In this document: positions 35,401-45,600 of the stretch, in pieces | Layout of the letters: each line of letters opens with the position of its first letter | Numbering within the stretch: the stretch's first letter is position 1 | Source of the DNA: Phoronis australis | Taxonomy: Eukaryota; Animalia; Phoronida | DNA: 64,000 nucleotides | Direction: 5' to 3' | Assembly (NCBI GenBank): GCA_002633005.1 | Contig: NMRA01000044.1 | Location: forward strand, 462,594-526,593 | Notes under the pieces: generated by a model | The model's input: the letters and a program-made list of their open reading frames with translations, nothing else | Database searches by the model: none | Told to the model about the DNA's origin: nothing | Position numbers and translations under genes: made by a program

Positions 35401-37174
35401 TAATCGCCAGCACATCACGCTGGTGGTGCCACTGCTTGGCAAAAACGGAAATTTGCAACATTCACTTTGAGACCAAGCTGTCCTTGGCAGCAAATTCACT
35501 GAGCATATCAAACATTTATTGACGAAATGTGGTATTGTTGGAAAGGGGAATGACTGAGGGCTGTTCCAGTAAAATTCGTGTGGGAGGGGGGGGACGGCAG
35601 TAGAAATAAAAATTCATGGGTGGTGGTCTTCAGAAAAAAACTCAAATTATGGGTGGTCGTTCCTGTAATAAGTGATGCATTAAAAATGGGTGGTATTTTT
35701 TGACCTGTTAATGTTGATATGTTGGTTACTTCAGCGGTAAAAACTCAAAAATAAATGCAATTGTCCTAACTTATCCAAATACAAAAAAGCCCATATTGCC
35801 AGTGAACAGAGTGCAATATGTTCACTAAGCCATTAATCAAGTCATGGGCAACTTGATTTGAGCCAACTGTTGGTCTGCAGTCCTATTGAATTGAAAAGTT
35901 ATGCAACACTGAACTGGTGTTAACACATATAAGAAAATTGATGATTTTTAAATAAAAAGTATGAGGAGTAAGATAAACAAGTTCCAATATTCACTTGACA
36001 TAGAAGTATAGAAGAGTTCGTGGAGACAGTTTGAGATTCATAGATCCTTATAAATGAAAAAATGTTCATTGAAATTATAGACACATGGTGAACAGAGACA
36101 CCTGGTGGCTGCCAAAAGTATTGCTCACAGGCTACTTTAGTTTTTGACAATATTGGACAAGACAACTAGTTCTTGTCTGTCAGTCATATAAGTTCTTAAT
36201 AGGTCCTCCTGGAGGCAATTTGTTTGCAAGTGTTGGATTTTATATTTTAACCTATTAAAAATAATTAAAAAATTATGGGTCATGGGTTGGAGAAATAAAT
36301 GAAAAATACGGGCGGTGGGTATGAAATAAAAGTGCCTTCCCCCCCTCCCATACAGATTTTGCTGGAACAGCCCTGAGCATTCCATTGGTATGCAACGTGA
36401 TTTAAATAAACCAAAAGTAATAAAAACTCAGACATGTGAACATATTTTTGTTGATGTTGTTACATTGGGCAACAGATTCGTGTGTAGTAACTTTCTTAAC
36501 TTAAAGTATGGTAGAATTCTGGTTTCACATCTTGAACATGGCATGATTTGTATTTGCATCTGTCGACAACCAACATTGGGTTAAAATTTTGATTATTTTT
36601 TGCAAACTCGACCTTTTTAAAATGAGAAATAATAATTGACATTTTTGTGCAAACCAGCTGTAGACTTGTTCTGTATTATTGGCAACTGTTTTTGTTATTT
36701 GCATTTGAGAACCACGTTATAATAAGGCATGCGTGTCAATAAAAGTACGTTTTGTGCATCATATATGCCTGTTATGGATGATTAGTTGACAAAATGATCC
36801 TTTGTTCCTTGCATTGCGTCACCAGGTCTCCCTTTTGTCTTCAGATATACAAGGGGCCAGACACTTCATACAGGTTGAAGGATCTGGAGCCAAAAACAGA
36901 CTATGTTGTGCGCGTATGTGCCATACGTTGTGGTCGGGCAGAGACGTCGACAACAGCGGACTTGTCGGGAGCCTTCAGCCCTGGGATACGCTTTACGACA
37001 CAGATCCCTGCAGTGGAACGCCGGCGCAGTGCTAGTGTGGTTGAACAGAAATTGATTGAGCCGAAACAGTGGACGGACCAGCAGATCACCATGTTTGTGG
37101 TCAGCGTCTTCATTGTACTGGCCATTCTGTTAGCCATGATTGTTCAACGTATTTACCAGCACGCTCGCCATTGA
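8297..37174 (+). CDS. FNDC3: Fibronectin type-III domain-containing protein 3 (FNDC3A/B-like), spliced gene, 5'-partial, 20 coding exons
   Basis: All 19 introns are GT-AG with matching phases. Joined CDS is 3150 nt with no internal stop. Contains the RADERTMKQKMKLQKKL segment (cf. FNDC3 RDERxxKxxERLQKKL), nine FN3 repeats and a C-terminal hydrophobic anchor ITMFVVSVFIVLAILLAMIV. No start-codon exon found in the window. Confidence 0.95.
9406..9451. repeat. 21-bp perfect tandem duplication
   Basis: ACGTATGTATGGTACCTGTTC x2 + ACGT. Confidence 0.9.
10683..11983. mobile_element. Non-autonomous DNA transposon, Kolobok-like
   Basis: 17-bp TIR, GGTTATCTCAAATCTTA vs GGTTATCTCAAACCTTA. Flanks are GTAA (left) and TTAA (right). 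A TTAA site with purine-purine ends fits Kolobok. Confidence 0.75.
12297..12369 (-). mobile_element. tRNA-derived SINE head (degenerate)
   Basis: Minus strand reads GTAGCT..GTAAGAGCA-CTAGA-ccggcaa-TCTAG-AGACC..GTTCAATTCC. This gives A-box-like and B-box-like motifs and an anticodon-like stem, but no clean acceptor stem. Confidence 0.55.
13447..13620 (+). repeat. Dispersed repeat family, copy 1 (others at ~27606-27780 and ~52376-52545)
   Basis: Collinear blocks GGTCTC(A/G)T(T)AATATTC ... CTCAAGAAAA ... AAATT(G/A)CAAA are shared by the three loci. Confidence 0.6.
15326..15481 (+). CDS. FNDC3: FNDC3 exon b
   Basis: tttcag|GG...AAA A|gtaagt; GPPSHHIRADERTMKQKMKLQKKLASRTHEPSYNFMPHDGYVNYVPHRSNAK. 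Confidence 0.9.
16431..16497. repeat. 34-bp tandem duplication
   Basis: CATAGTAGAT(C/T)AAACTACACACACC(A/G)GCGTCTT x2. Confidence 0.9.
17931..18203. mobile_element. MITE (Harbinger-like ends), apparently nested in a short CCGTA..TACGG element (17852-18231)
   Basis: ~30-bp imperfect TIR, GGGTCTGTTTCTTGAAAAGTGACTTAAGA vs GGGTCTGTTTCAAAAAACGTGACTTAAGA. Confidence 0.7.
18306..18439 (+). CDS. FNDC3: FNDC3 exon c
   Basis: ttccacag|TG...GAT|gtaagc; MNGIDIQHGCPPESVHSSSSSNDGQDIEDERQSVIDMLSSMSQPD. Confidence 0.88.
19018..19148 (+). CDS. FNDC3: FNDC3 exon d (FN3 #1 start)
   Basis: ttgcag|ATC...GG|gtacgt; ITDIGARSALVHIQPPPCNITSMSNLSYRLQLAGQDGKYSTVY. Confidence 0.9.
19693..19752 (+). CDS. FNDC3: FNDC3 exon e
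   Basis: ttttag|C GGT...AA|gtaagt; GDATEITLKDLKPSTEYQL (FN3 LxPxTxY motif). Confidence 0.92.
20519..20657 (+). CDS. FNDC3: FNDC3 exon f
   Basis: ctttgcag|A ACC...ACG|gtatgt; TCAVLDDLNGDMTEAAKFKTLCCEPDPPLPPKCYQRSKTYIFLKWT. Confidence 0.92.
21744..21797 (+). CDS. FNDC3: FNDC3 exon g
   Basis: tttacag|GCA...CAG|gtttgt; ATSDNGAKVTSYSLEFDQ. Confidence 0.92.
23708..23832 (+). CDS. FNDC3: FNDC3 exon h
   Basis: tctccgcag|GGC...AG|gtgagt; GRRDGTFVEVYNDVSRQFKVQKLQASTGYTFRLAAINREGK. Confidence 0.93.
24846..25005 (+). CDS. FNDC3: FNDC3 exon i
   Basis: gtcacag|T GCC...TCG|gtcagt; AFSDPVMFCTSGSVPMQPDPPMLSDKYVNAMTISWIKRPNDDEFKLQMEDEES. Confidence 0.92.
25340..25426 (+). CDS. FNDC3: FNDC3 exon j
   Basis: ttttacag|GGT...AGA|gtaagt; GHGFVTQYNGPDLSHKVEKLVRNKEYKFR. 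Confidence 0.93.
25832..25970 (+). CDS. FNDC3: FNDC3 exon k
   Basis: tttctcag|TTG...TGG G|gtaagg; LSANNDEGSSKWSDIVRFRTLPATPGPPGKPQTKGKIHSTHFRVTW. Confidence 0.93.
26400..26465 (+). CDS. FNDC3: FNDC3 exon l
   Basis: tttcag|AT...AAA G|gtaaga; DQPKDDGGSPVENYILELDRGK. Confidence 0.93.
27606..27780 (+). repeat. Dispersed repeat family, copy 2
   Basis: GGTCTCATAATATTC...GTGACTCAAGAAAATGCTTCAG, shared with the 13447 and 52376 copies. Confidence 0.6.
29176..29288 (+). CDS. FNDC3: FNDC3 exon m
   Basis: gtgcag|GG TTC...CCA|gtaagt; GFEKVYEGRERDCNCDHLEPGQTYRVRVHCCSLGGASP. Confidence 0.93.
29904..30009 (+). CDS. FNDC3: FNDC3 exon n
   Basis: ccgtctag|TGC...TGG A|gtaagt; CSDIASVTTTAVGPGQCQPPKLLGKPRATSLVLKW. 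Confidence 0.93.
30645..31078 (+). CDS. FNDC3: FNDC3 exon o (FN3 #5-#6)
   Basis: ctcacag|GT CAC...CTG|gtaagt; HPEYNGGAAVTDFEVQMVGPD...LAPGRPYLFQVRAHNRAG...LVPATTYGFRVL; overlaps ORF 30689-31099. Confidence 0.95.
31489..31757 (+). CDS. FNDC3: FNDC3 exon p
   Basis: cccaatag|GCT...AA|gtaagt; AVNSAGVSPASPVTECTMPASSPG...VSWKAPPDNGSEIVAY...LVPETTY. Confidence 0.95.
32392..32592 (+). CDS. FNDC3: FNDC3 exon q
   Basis: ttgcag|A GTC...AG|gtatga; VRVQAVNSIGVGSFSQPARVTTLALPPLPPRLEC...LKLKWGDG...LEMMRDNG. Confidence 0.95.
32870..33036 (+). CDS. FNDC3: FNDC3 exon r
   Basis: gtttcag|C TGG...AAA G|gtacgg; WYPVYSGSSQGHKVNKLNELCQYTFRICASNDAGQGPYSSLFTFQTCKALPPAVK. Confidence 0.95.
33230..33710. mobile_element. 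Kolobok-like MITE, 481 bp
   Basis: TTAA|GGTTATGTAAG ... CCTACATAACC|TTAA. The TTAA duplication is intact, and the GGTTAT terminus is the same as in the 10683 element. Confidence 0.8.
34371..34495 (+). CDS. FNDC3: FNDC3 exon s
   Basis: atttcag|AT CCT...GTG|gtcagt; DPRVSELCTSSCQVSWNPLKPMGQDVINYMLQLQTRDQEYKV. Confidence 0.93.
35016..35248 (-). pseudogene. Tc1 transposase C-terminal remnant
   Basis: WPACSPDLNPVEHLWDQL*RTVRAR...(frameshift)LIQDWNAI...VNSMRRKCVAVLTANGSSTQY*. This is the classic Tc1 WPxxSPDLNPIEHLW...SMxxRCxAV..xGxxTxY tail, with one stop and one frameshift. Confidence 0.88.
35558..36373. mobile_element. PIF/Harbinger-like non-autonomous element inserted in the Tc1 TIR
   Basis: ~42-bp TIR GGGCTGTTCCAG(T/C)AAAAT..GT(G/A)TGGGAGGGGGG; 3-bp TSD TGA at 35555-35557 and 36374-36376. 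Confidence 0.88.
36845..37174 (+). CDS. FNDC3: FNDC3 terminal coding exon (end of FN3 #9, TM anchor, stop)
   Basis: gtcttcag|ATA TAC...CAT TGA; IYKGPDTSYRLKDLEPKTDYVVRVCAIR...WTDQQITMFVVSVFIVLAILLAMIVQRIYQHARH*. Confidence 0.95.
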   Translation: MYKGPDTSYRLKDLEPKTDYVVRVCAIRCGRAETSTTADLSGAFSPGIRFTTQIPAVERRRSASVVEQKLIEPKQWTDQQITMFVVSVFIVLAILLAMIVQRIYQHARH

Positions 37175-39589
37175 GTCCAGTCGGGGTTTGCTACGGCCAG
37201 TGTCAAGCAACTGAGCGAGACATGGACGGAAACCAGATGCCTTCTTGTTATTTTATCATTTTATGTGACCTGTTGGTGAATGTCTGCTTGATGTTAGCTC
37301 AATTATTGAAGGTGCGCTGATTGTTGCGGTAACGTAACTCACGTCGGGAACAGACAGCGGCATGCAATTACCTGGTTTCTGTTGTTTATTGGTTGATGAG
37401 CGCTGTGAAGAAGACTCTTTGGCTCATAGCTACTCGCTCTAGTCAGTATACAGTCTTGAATATAAAGTTATTTTCTGATGTGTATTAATTTGTGTTCTAG
37501 TATTTTATGAGCATTACTCGACCACGCGACTATACAGACTGGCCAGAATATTGGTCAGCTGTCGTGCCGAAGTTTTGAGTCGATTTTCATGCTGACATTT
37601 TGGCAATGTTCCAGCACGCTGAGGTTTTAGCAATTTGGTGCTTTTAGTGTTGGTAGTGTTGCCACGGATTCATTCGTGAATTTCTGCAACACTTCTACTG
37701 TTTGTATGTTATATGATGTTTCAACTAATTAATTTTGATGTTTGTCGGTTGGGTGAAGTTAAACAAATGGGTTGAATGGTCCAATGAAATGATGCTGTGT
37801 TAGCCCGGTATTTTGTGCATTTGTCGAACTCGGACATTTACTGCAATGTTTGTGTTCTGTTATGAACAATCCATTTTATCTGAATTGTTGTCAATTGTTG
37901 TGAGAGAACAATCTTTTAGCGAGAGTCGTGCATTTCCACTTGAGTTTCGCAGTTTTCCTTACACTTTGTTCTGTGCTGTATTCTTCCAAACGTTAATTTT
38001 TTTTTTTCAGTTCAATGAATTCTGTTACTTCTCTCCCTCAAGTTGTCATTTTTTAAATTAAATTTGGACTGAACAAAACCTCATACTTTTTCCGTCACTG
38101 CAGTCCAGGGCGCCAAGTTGTAAGCCAGTTTACCAGTTGAAGCTTAGCATGAAAGAAATAGTAGTCTTGGAGAGATCAAACTATAAAATGCAAATCAAAT
38201 AGAACAAATGTCTTTATTTTTCTGATGATTTAATGTCTTGTGTATTCAGTATTGACTTAATAATTTAATCCAAAATCATATTTTGAGTATTAGATATGTA
38301 TTATGTTATAACAAAGCACCTTGCGTACCCTCTGCATTTATTGTATTTATGTGACAATTGTAGGTTGGAAAACTTTAGTAAATATATTTATTCTATAATG
38401 TTGGGCCATATCAAATATATATATAATTATAATTCACATATACTTATTTCCTTGTTTTTTTTCTTTGTCTAAATAACATTAAATTTTGCTGTTGCATTCA
38501 CTTTGGATTTTAATTGCATCTGCATAAGTAGGTTGAAGTTTACTGATGATAAAAATCACTGCAGTGAAACATTTGCCAAAGTAGGGAGAGCATCTTTGTC
38601 AGATTGCAGGCATCTTAGCTCCACAGCTGCAACAAAATGCAAAACCATAAAATAATCCTCCATTGGCTGAGAACTAAAAAAGCTAATCTGACTGCTTTGA
38701 ATTAATTTGGGTCTTCACTACAAATTTAGCTGCATAAGCTACTATCTCGAACCTGTTTCTTGAAGATTCTTCAACGATGTCACTAGTCTACAATAGACTG
38801 TTGTCAGAAGATGACATATGAGGCAGTATTCCACCAATCTCAACTCGGAGACCATTTTACAAAATAATGCAATCTTCAAAATGGAGGAACTATTGTCAAC
38901 TTCAAAGACATTTAACAGTACTTGCAAATCTGCAGAAGAAGTAGATGCCTCAAAGCAAATTATGGAGACCATGAAACCATGCATGAATGGTGAATGCTGC
39001 CTTAAAACAGCATATATTGTGCAAAAAAATGTTAACGCCTCGTAGAACTTTTGACTAAAGACTCCATTTACGCGTGACAATTTTGAAACTATGGTACAAA
39101 ATCTAATAATCCCTAAAGCTTAAAAGGCAAAGGCAGCATACAGCGCCACCTCTTGTCAATAATGCATTAGGAGGGCATAAGAAATGTGCTTTTTGACAAA
39201 CAATGTGAAATCCACAATGCAGACACTTAAAGTATCAAATGGTTGAGAAAATATGTATCTTAAGCTACACAAGAAAAATGAAGTTCTGCACACTGGAGCT
39301 ATTGCCCATGGCCTAGGAGTGCTACAGAACACAATGCTCCTTTACATGTATACTATTGTAATCAGATGCAACAATAAGTGACATCTTCTGGTACTTACTG
39401 TAAAATCATATTCTGTAATATGAATGACAGCAACCTTGACTTTTATGTGACAGTACGATTCTAACCAAGAGAGCTTGATGCATACTTAAATTGCTAGCTG
39501 ACTAATTATAATTTCTATAGCACATTTAAATTTTCATATTCAGATTGGAAATTAAATACAGCACCAACTTTTCATGTTGCCAACAGGTG

Positions 39590-39613
39590 TCATGACTTCA
39601 GTTGCATCACAAC
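39590..39613 (-). CDS. COMMD8: COMMD8 exon 5 (coding part, stop)
   Basis: ttttgtttacag|GTT GTG ATG CAA CTG AAG TCA TGA; VVMQLKS*. Confidence 0.9.
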   Translation of the reverse strand, partial: VVMQLKS

Positions 39614-42600
39614 CTGTAAACAAAATGCAAACTAATGACACACTCACAAAAAGAAGAAACTTTCCGTGATTTATCCGCCACTTATCCAAACCAGTTTGTC
39701 AAATAATTTGTTTTTGCTTTCAGTTTAAGTAATGAGTCAAAATCTATTTGTTTGGTTCGGTCCATAGTCTGTTGCAAGAAATACAACAGTTCCAGGACTG
39801 CCTGTTATCCTTAAAAGCTAAAGCTTTTAGCGAAGCTTCGTAAACATTAAACTAAAATTTTTGAAGTCCAGAAGCAAAAGTTTTACAGAGGAACAAACAC
39901 CTGAAACTTTTCACTAACATAGCGTGCGACTAAAAAACATCATGTTGAACACGATTTCTTAGTTCTCAGGAACAGGTGAAAAAAAACATTTACATGAAAT
40001 GAATTTGTTATTTACATTGAATGCCCGCTTGGATCGGCTAATTATCCAGCGAGTCCAGATACCTCGTTTCCACACAAGTCTAATCAGATGAAGATAATTG
40101 AGCATGGAATGATTTCCTTATCAGCCATGCAGTCAATTTAATATTGACGTGTGTAAACCCAATTATAGCGAACTGAATTTATGATTCGAACACGGATTTC
40201 AGCAGCTTTTTGTATTCTTCATGTATCTGAAATCATTATTTCTTGAAAATGTAAAGCTTTTCAAAAAGTAGTCTTATGCTTTGACAGGCAGTGCTGTTTA
40301 TTACATTTTATGGCCCTTCTCACAAGGTTCGATTAACTCTGTTCATGCCTGTAAACACAGCATGAATGGTTATTGCTGAGCCAAAATGCCTCTGGCTTAG
40401 CATTGCACACATAGTGTACCTCACCTTTTCTTTAGCAGACGTAAAAGTCAATGTAAATGACAAATCCATGTAATGAGCAAATTTAATTTTTATAAGATTA
40501 AGTATATATTGATATCAATCATTTTGATGTGAAGATGGTCATGAAAACTAATAACTGAAAGCTCAATAACAAAGGAATTGCTCCCAGAAGGTTGCTCGAC
40601 TAACTCTGGATGGCGATATGTGTCTGGAACTTTAGCCATAGCATACAGTAGTTTTCAAAACAAACTAGGCAGGTTTTCACAGAATGCTGTAAAACTCGGC
40701 CAAACTTGGACAAATTTCTTGTCACACTTATAAGGCAGTTCAGCCGAACGTTTGTCGGAATGAATAAACTGGCATTTTTGTTGAACTTTTGTCAGAGTTT
40801 AATGTGACTTAATTGTACTTAGTTGTCACTGGTTTTTTTGTAAATGGACAACGTGTACAGAGCAATATCTGTCGAAATTTTGTCAGAATTGAAACATGTT
40901 CTAGTTGAAAATAAATGATGTTTCATCCCCGTTTCGTGCGTAAAAATTTTGTCGGATTTCAATGCTGTCCAGTTTATTTTGAAAACTATTGTTAGTAGTA
41001 GCTTTCACTCCGGTAAACGTGACTCTGATGTAGGATTTTGCACAATAATTTTTGTTAACTGTAGACTCAGTTTGCAAAACTGTATCACTGTGCAGGTTTC
41101 GGTGGCCAAAAAACAAATGCTGGCATAGACCTTTTGATAACCAATCTACCCCCCCTCCTCCCCATTCAGCAGCATATGACTGGGTACCTTGGAATGAAGT
41201 GCCTCCCCCCTTGAATCCCTGCAACTACGTGCGTTCAAGACTGACTCACCTTATTTGCAGTTTCAAGAGAACTAATCATTTTCCCAAGATCCTCTTTGTT
41301 CAACTCTACTGACACTATTTTTGACAAGTCGTCTTCTCTTATAGACAAGTCCACTTCCAGCAACGGTTCTTGCACACTTGATATTTTATCACTGGACATC
41401 GACAGCTAAAATCGTCAACAAATCTAAATGGAGAATTGTTCCAAGACATATGTGAAACATTCATTCAGTGTGGTTCCATGTTTAAAATGTCACACGTTCA
41501 TGTTTGGCTTTCTTCAATTAATACAATCAGGATTTTTGGGTCATAGAAAACACCCATCATTACATAGAATTTCAGTTCCAAATAGGCGGGTTATTTGTGA
41601 CAAGCAAATAGTGTCTGTGTTGCTGTTACGTTTGACCCCTGCACATAAAGGACTTACTAGCTGATACAAATTTTAGTGCTCCATAAGACTTAAGCTGAAT
41701 TGATCATTTTTGTAAAACATATACGCTGTTTTTTCCTGATATCTGAGATTCGTAATGACTTGCACAACTCGGACACTCAAACAAAGGTACATGGAAAACA
41801 ATGACTATGTCCATTCTCCTGCGTTTTTCCTCGTTCGATTGGTAAATGGGCGCCTGTAGACATGGCAATTAAGCCCAGCACCTGGGGTAGCCTCACTTTC
41901 CAGCTCACTTCCTGTACAATGACAACTTAAGTACAATCAATAACTTAATTTGATAGAAAAGCTCGACATGTTCTGTTGAAAGTAACACGTGAATCTCACG
42001 TAAAGCCAACCTTCATCTTCCAGTCAAAGTCAGTGAGTTGCGCCTGTGATATACCATCCGTTGATCGCACCAGGGCTTGCCGCAGCTCCACAGATCGTGC
42101 ATACACAGCGTCTAGCACAAACTGCTTCATGTTGCCAGCCAATGAGCCGAGAGCTTTACCAGCCTAAAAACCCATTCACATTTCAGGGCAAGGTCAGTGA
42201 CGAACATTCTAAGTATTCACACACACAGACACAGGATAAGAATTGTGCAAGAGTCTCTATTGATTTTTGCTAAATTCTCAAACATTATTTATTGCCATGA
42301 CAGTGTCCAAGTCATTCTCTCATCCAATATAAAATTATAGACAAAATGGTTATATTTTCATTTCACTGTAATGTAACACGTAACCAATTTTTTTAAATAC
42401 TTGTTTTATGTGATAGCAATGTAGTGCAAATTTTGTGATGGAACAGAGTTTGCTTTTAGTTTATTCTTGTCAAGAAATTATAGAATATCATATTCCACTA
42501 ATCAGTCATTTTGTGCGATAATATGAGAATTATATAATTGAAAATGGTGACCAGCATCCCTGCCGACTGCAGAACAGCTGCAATGTTCTTCAGTTCAAGA

Positions 42601-45600
42601 TAACTGGAGAAAATTGTCCAGTTTTGATAACATGAACCATAATTATTGAAAACTAACAGCAATTAAAGTGTCGAGACTAATTTACAACACTAAGCAAATA
42701 AAACGCAGTCAAACTACATCACTGAGAGCCTAGTTTGTGATGCCTGATCGCCTGTGGCGTTAGGACAATATGGCAGACATGTAAAATTTTAGTTATTTTT
42801 TGTAAAAAACAATTTGTATCAAATCAATTCTTCAGCATTTTTAAGTATAGCTACTGTCTGACAGTAAATTTAGAAGCCATGGAAATAAGAAAAAAAAAAT
42901 CAATTTTCGCAACAATTTTTGGCCAAAATCGGCCAATTACAACAGTTTTAGAAGACGATTTGTTTTAAAATGATTTGACTGCATTGTAGAATGACAGAGG
43001 AAGGCAGAGTTAATAAGACGTTCATGAAGATCTTAAAAAATAGTGCTTCCCCAACACAAGTACAATTTCACAAACTGATCAAAAACACAAAAATGTTTTC
43101 AGTTTTTGACATATGAAATCAATTGTCTCTCACATTCACTGAATTTGTTTGGCTAGAGTTTCACATGAACTTTCCACACAGTTATTTTACCTTTGACCTG
43201 AGCTCACCTCATCTCGAGAACAGTCGCACTTTATCACATTCGTCGCGAAAGTCTTGAAGAACTCAACAACATGCCACCAACTGTCGAGAGTCCAGACTGA
43301 GGCGTAGTCATGGTAACGTGGAGGAGCATGGCCGCATAAGATGTCAAGAACACTGTGGATGAACTGAAAAGTAGACAATAAATGTAATAAGCTTGATGAG
43401 GTTATTCTGTTATAGACGAGCCATTTGTTTTTTGTAGATTGCCATCATTCTTTGTCAGAACAAAAGGCTGGTATAAGATATAATTAGTGTTCATTAAAAA
43501 AGAACTGCTTTCGAGGCATCACGTTGAAGCAACAGAAATGCAAAAAATAATATGATAAATCCTTCAGTGACTATATTCAACAGTGGTGGGACGATACACA
43601 TTTTTATGAATTCGTTTTGATTATTTTTAGGAGGAATTCAACTATTTTCGCTGTGAATTTTGTTTGTGAGATAAATTAATTTTTGCTCAAATATAAGTTG
43701 ATTGGCTTACTACGCGTACCAACTTTAACAACAAAATTGTTATTATAAGTATTATAAGATTCCAAATAATCAGCAATGAACATTTCTGAGAACTTCTTTG
43801 GTAACAGTGATTGATTGGGCGACCTGCAGGTCACCAATGTGACTTCAGATTGTGTTTGGCGACCTGCGAAAAATCCCAAGTCGACAGACCTGTGGCAACG
43901 TCAGACGCAGTAATTCACACGAAATTCCTTTAAAATTTGTGGCAACTTCCAAAGTTAAAATTAATAATATTTTTTCCAAGATTCAATACCTTTGGTTCAC
44001 AATTGCTCCATTTATTTCGTGAAATCAGTGCATTTGCCACTGTCAGCAATTAGCACATATCAAAAACGCACTCTAATTACAAGAAGTAAACAGACAGAAG
44101 TCAGAATTGTCTCGCAAAAACAAGGCAGGGTAGGACAACGAAACATGCGCCTCCAGTGCATTCGATCATCTACGTTCTGTATACTGAAATATCCAGAAAA
44201 TGGCTGTATAATTATATGAACAATGGTAGAGATACGCGTAATTTTAAATAACAGCCACCGCGGCTCAACCTTTTTCAATTGTTCACTTCCATGCTGTTTT
44301 GCCGACCTCAGTTTTCATTTGGTGACCTCGAATTTCCGCTAACAATTAGGTAGACTAAACAAACTATTCCTGTGTGTTTCCATGTAAGTGCACAGGAGAG
44401 TATGGCCCGTTAAAACCAATATTTCTAGAAATACATCCACTGGATTGTCAAAAGGTTGTAATTATGCCATTCCAAACTCGTTCTTTTTTTAGAGTGAAAT
44501 TTAGGAACTCAGACTGTCAATATCATTGATACAAATCTGGTACTTTAAAAGGTCCACCATACATTGCACGCGTAAAAATTGCGTTTCGTCGGTTGAGCCG
44601 TGTTATCACCACCAACCCGATCAAGAACTGGATCACCTGTTGTATCAGAATGTAGGTCAACAGTTTAACCTAGAAACATCTCTCGGTTTGTAAAATAATC
44701 CAATCTATTTAAGCCTTACTGTGGCAGACAACATGACTCAATGTTCTCTACAATGTGTCAAAGGCACATGTCCTTTCATAATGGAAGATTGAGGAATTAC
44801 TCCCCCAAAAACGCAAATGTCGCACACTGCCACTGTTAAAGCAAAGAGTTGTGAATGGCATGGCAGTTTTTCACAGGGGATAATCACAGGTATTGGATCA
44901 ACTACCAAAAATCCTCAATTTCGATAGGCTGATGACATGAGAAATGCACCAAAAGCAACCAATAGTATTTGACTAAGTGAGAATGCACGAGCAACACCCA
45001 ATGAGATTAGAATAGGGCAACCTAAGTTTGGTCTAAATTGACCGGCAGAGAAAGTGAAAAAATTTTGAATGTAATGGTCCTTTGTCTTGAATCATCAAGT
45101 TTGCAACAAACATAAAGGACAGAGCCCAAATTCTGTCAACATCATTCCCAGAAATGACATCACGCAAATAAATGACAGGACTAATGTAAAATCAATCGGA
45201 CATTCTGAATGGGTGGGGAGTGGGGGGGTGGGGACCCTGTTAGGTTTTTTGTTCATGATTTGCTTCATGTGTTCAGGGCCCGGTCTCCAATCTTTTTACT
45301 CGAAACGGAACTCGAAATTAGGTTTGGCATTTTCTACTCTACTTTTGGGCGAAATCAAGATAAGTGTCTATTATTCTATGCTCGAGTACACAATAACTTA
45401 CGTAGATAATTTATTGCCCTTAGTTTACAGTTTGTAAACCCAATATTAAAGCAATAAGTTCGAGTTTGAACTCGAAATTTCAAGTTTTTACTCAAGTTTG
45501 TAGCACGAATACAAGGGTCTTCAAGGACAAACTTGAACTAAAACTCCTATGCATAAACTATAATGTATTCGAGCACAGTCTGATAACCAATTATCTTAAG

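Larger units (their letters stand above)
34635..36460 (-). mobile_element. Internally deleted Tc1-family transposon with ~200-bp TIRs
   Basis: 34635-34830 is the inverted complement of 35450-35557 plus 36377-36460. TA flanks on both sides; a transposase C-terminal remnant lies inside. Confidence 0.85.

Noticed and set aside
37172-37320. Stop-codon readthrough or overlapping ORF at the FNDC3 C-terminus
   Set aside because: The TGA is followed by GTC rather than a CTAG/CARYYA readthrough context, and ORF 37069-37320 is an alternate-frame artefact.
38742-39080. Overlapping 112-aa (-) and 75-aa (+) ORFs between FNDC3 and COMMD8
   Set aside because: No recognisable motif or splice support; the region is most simply 3' UTR.
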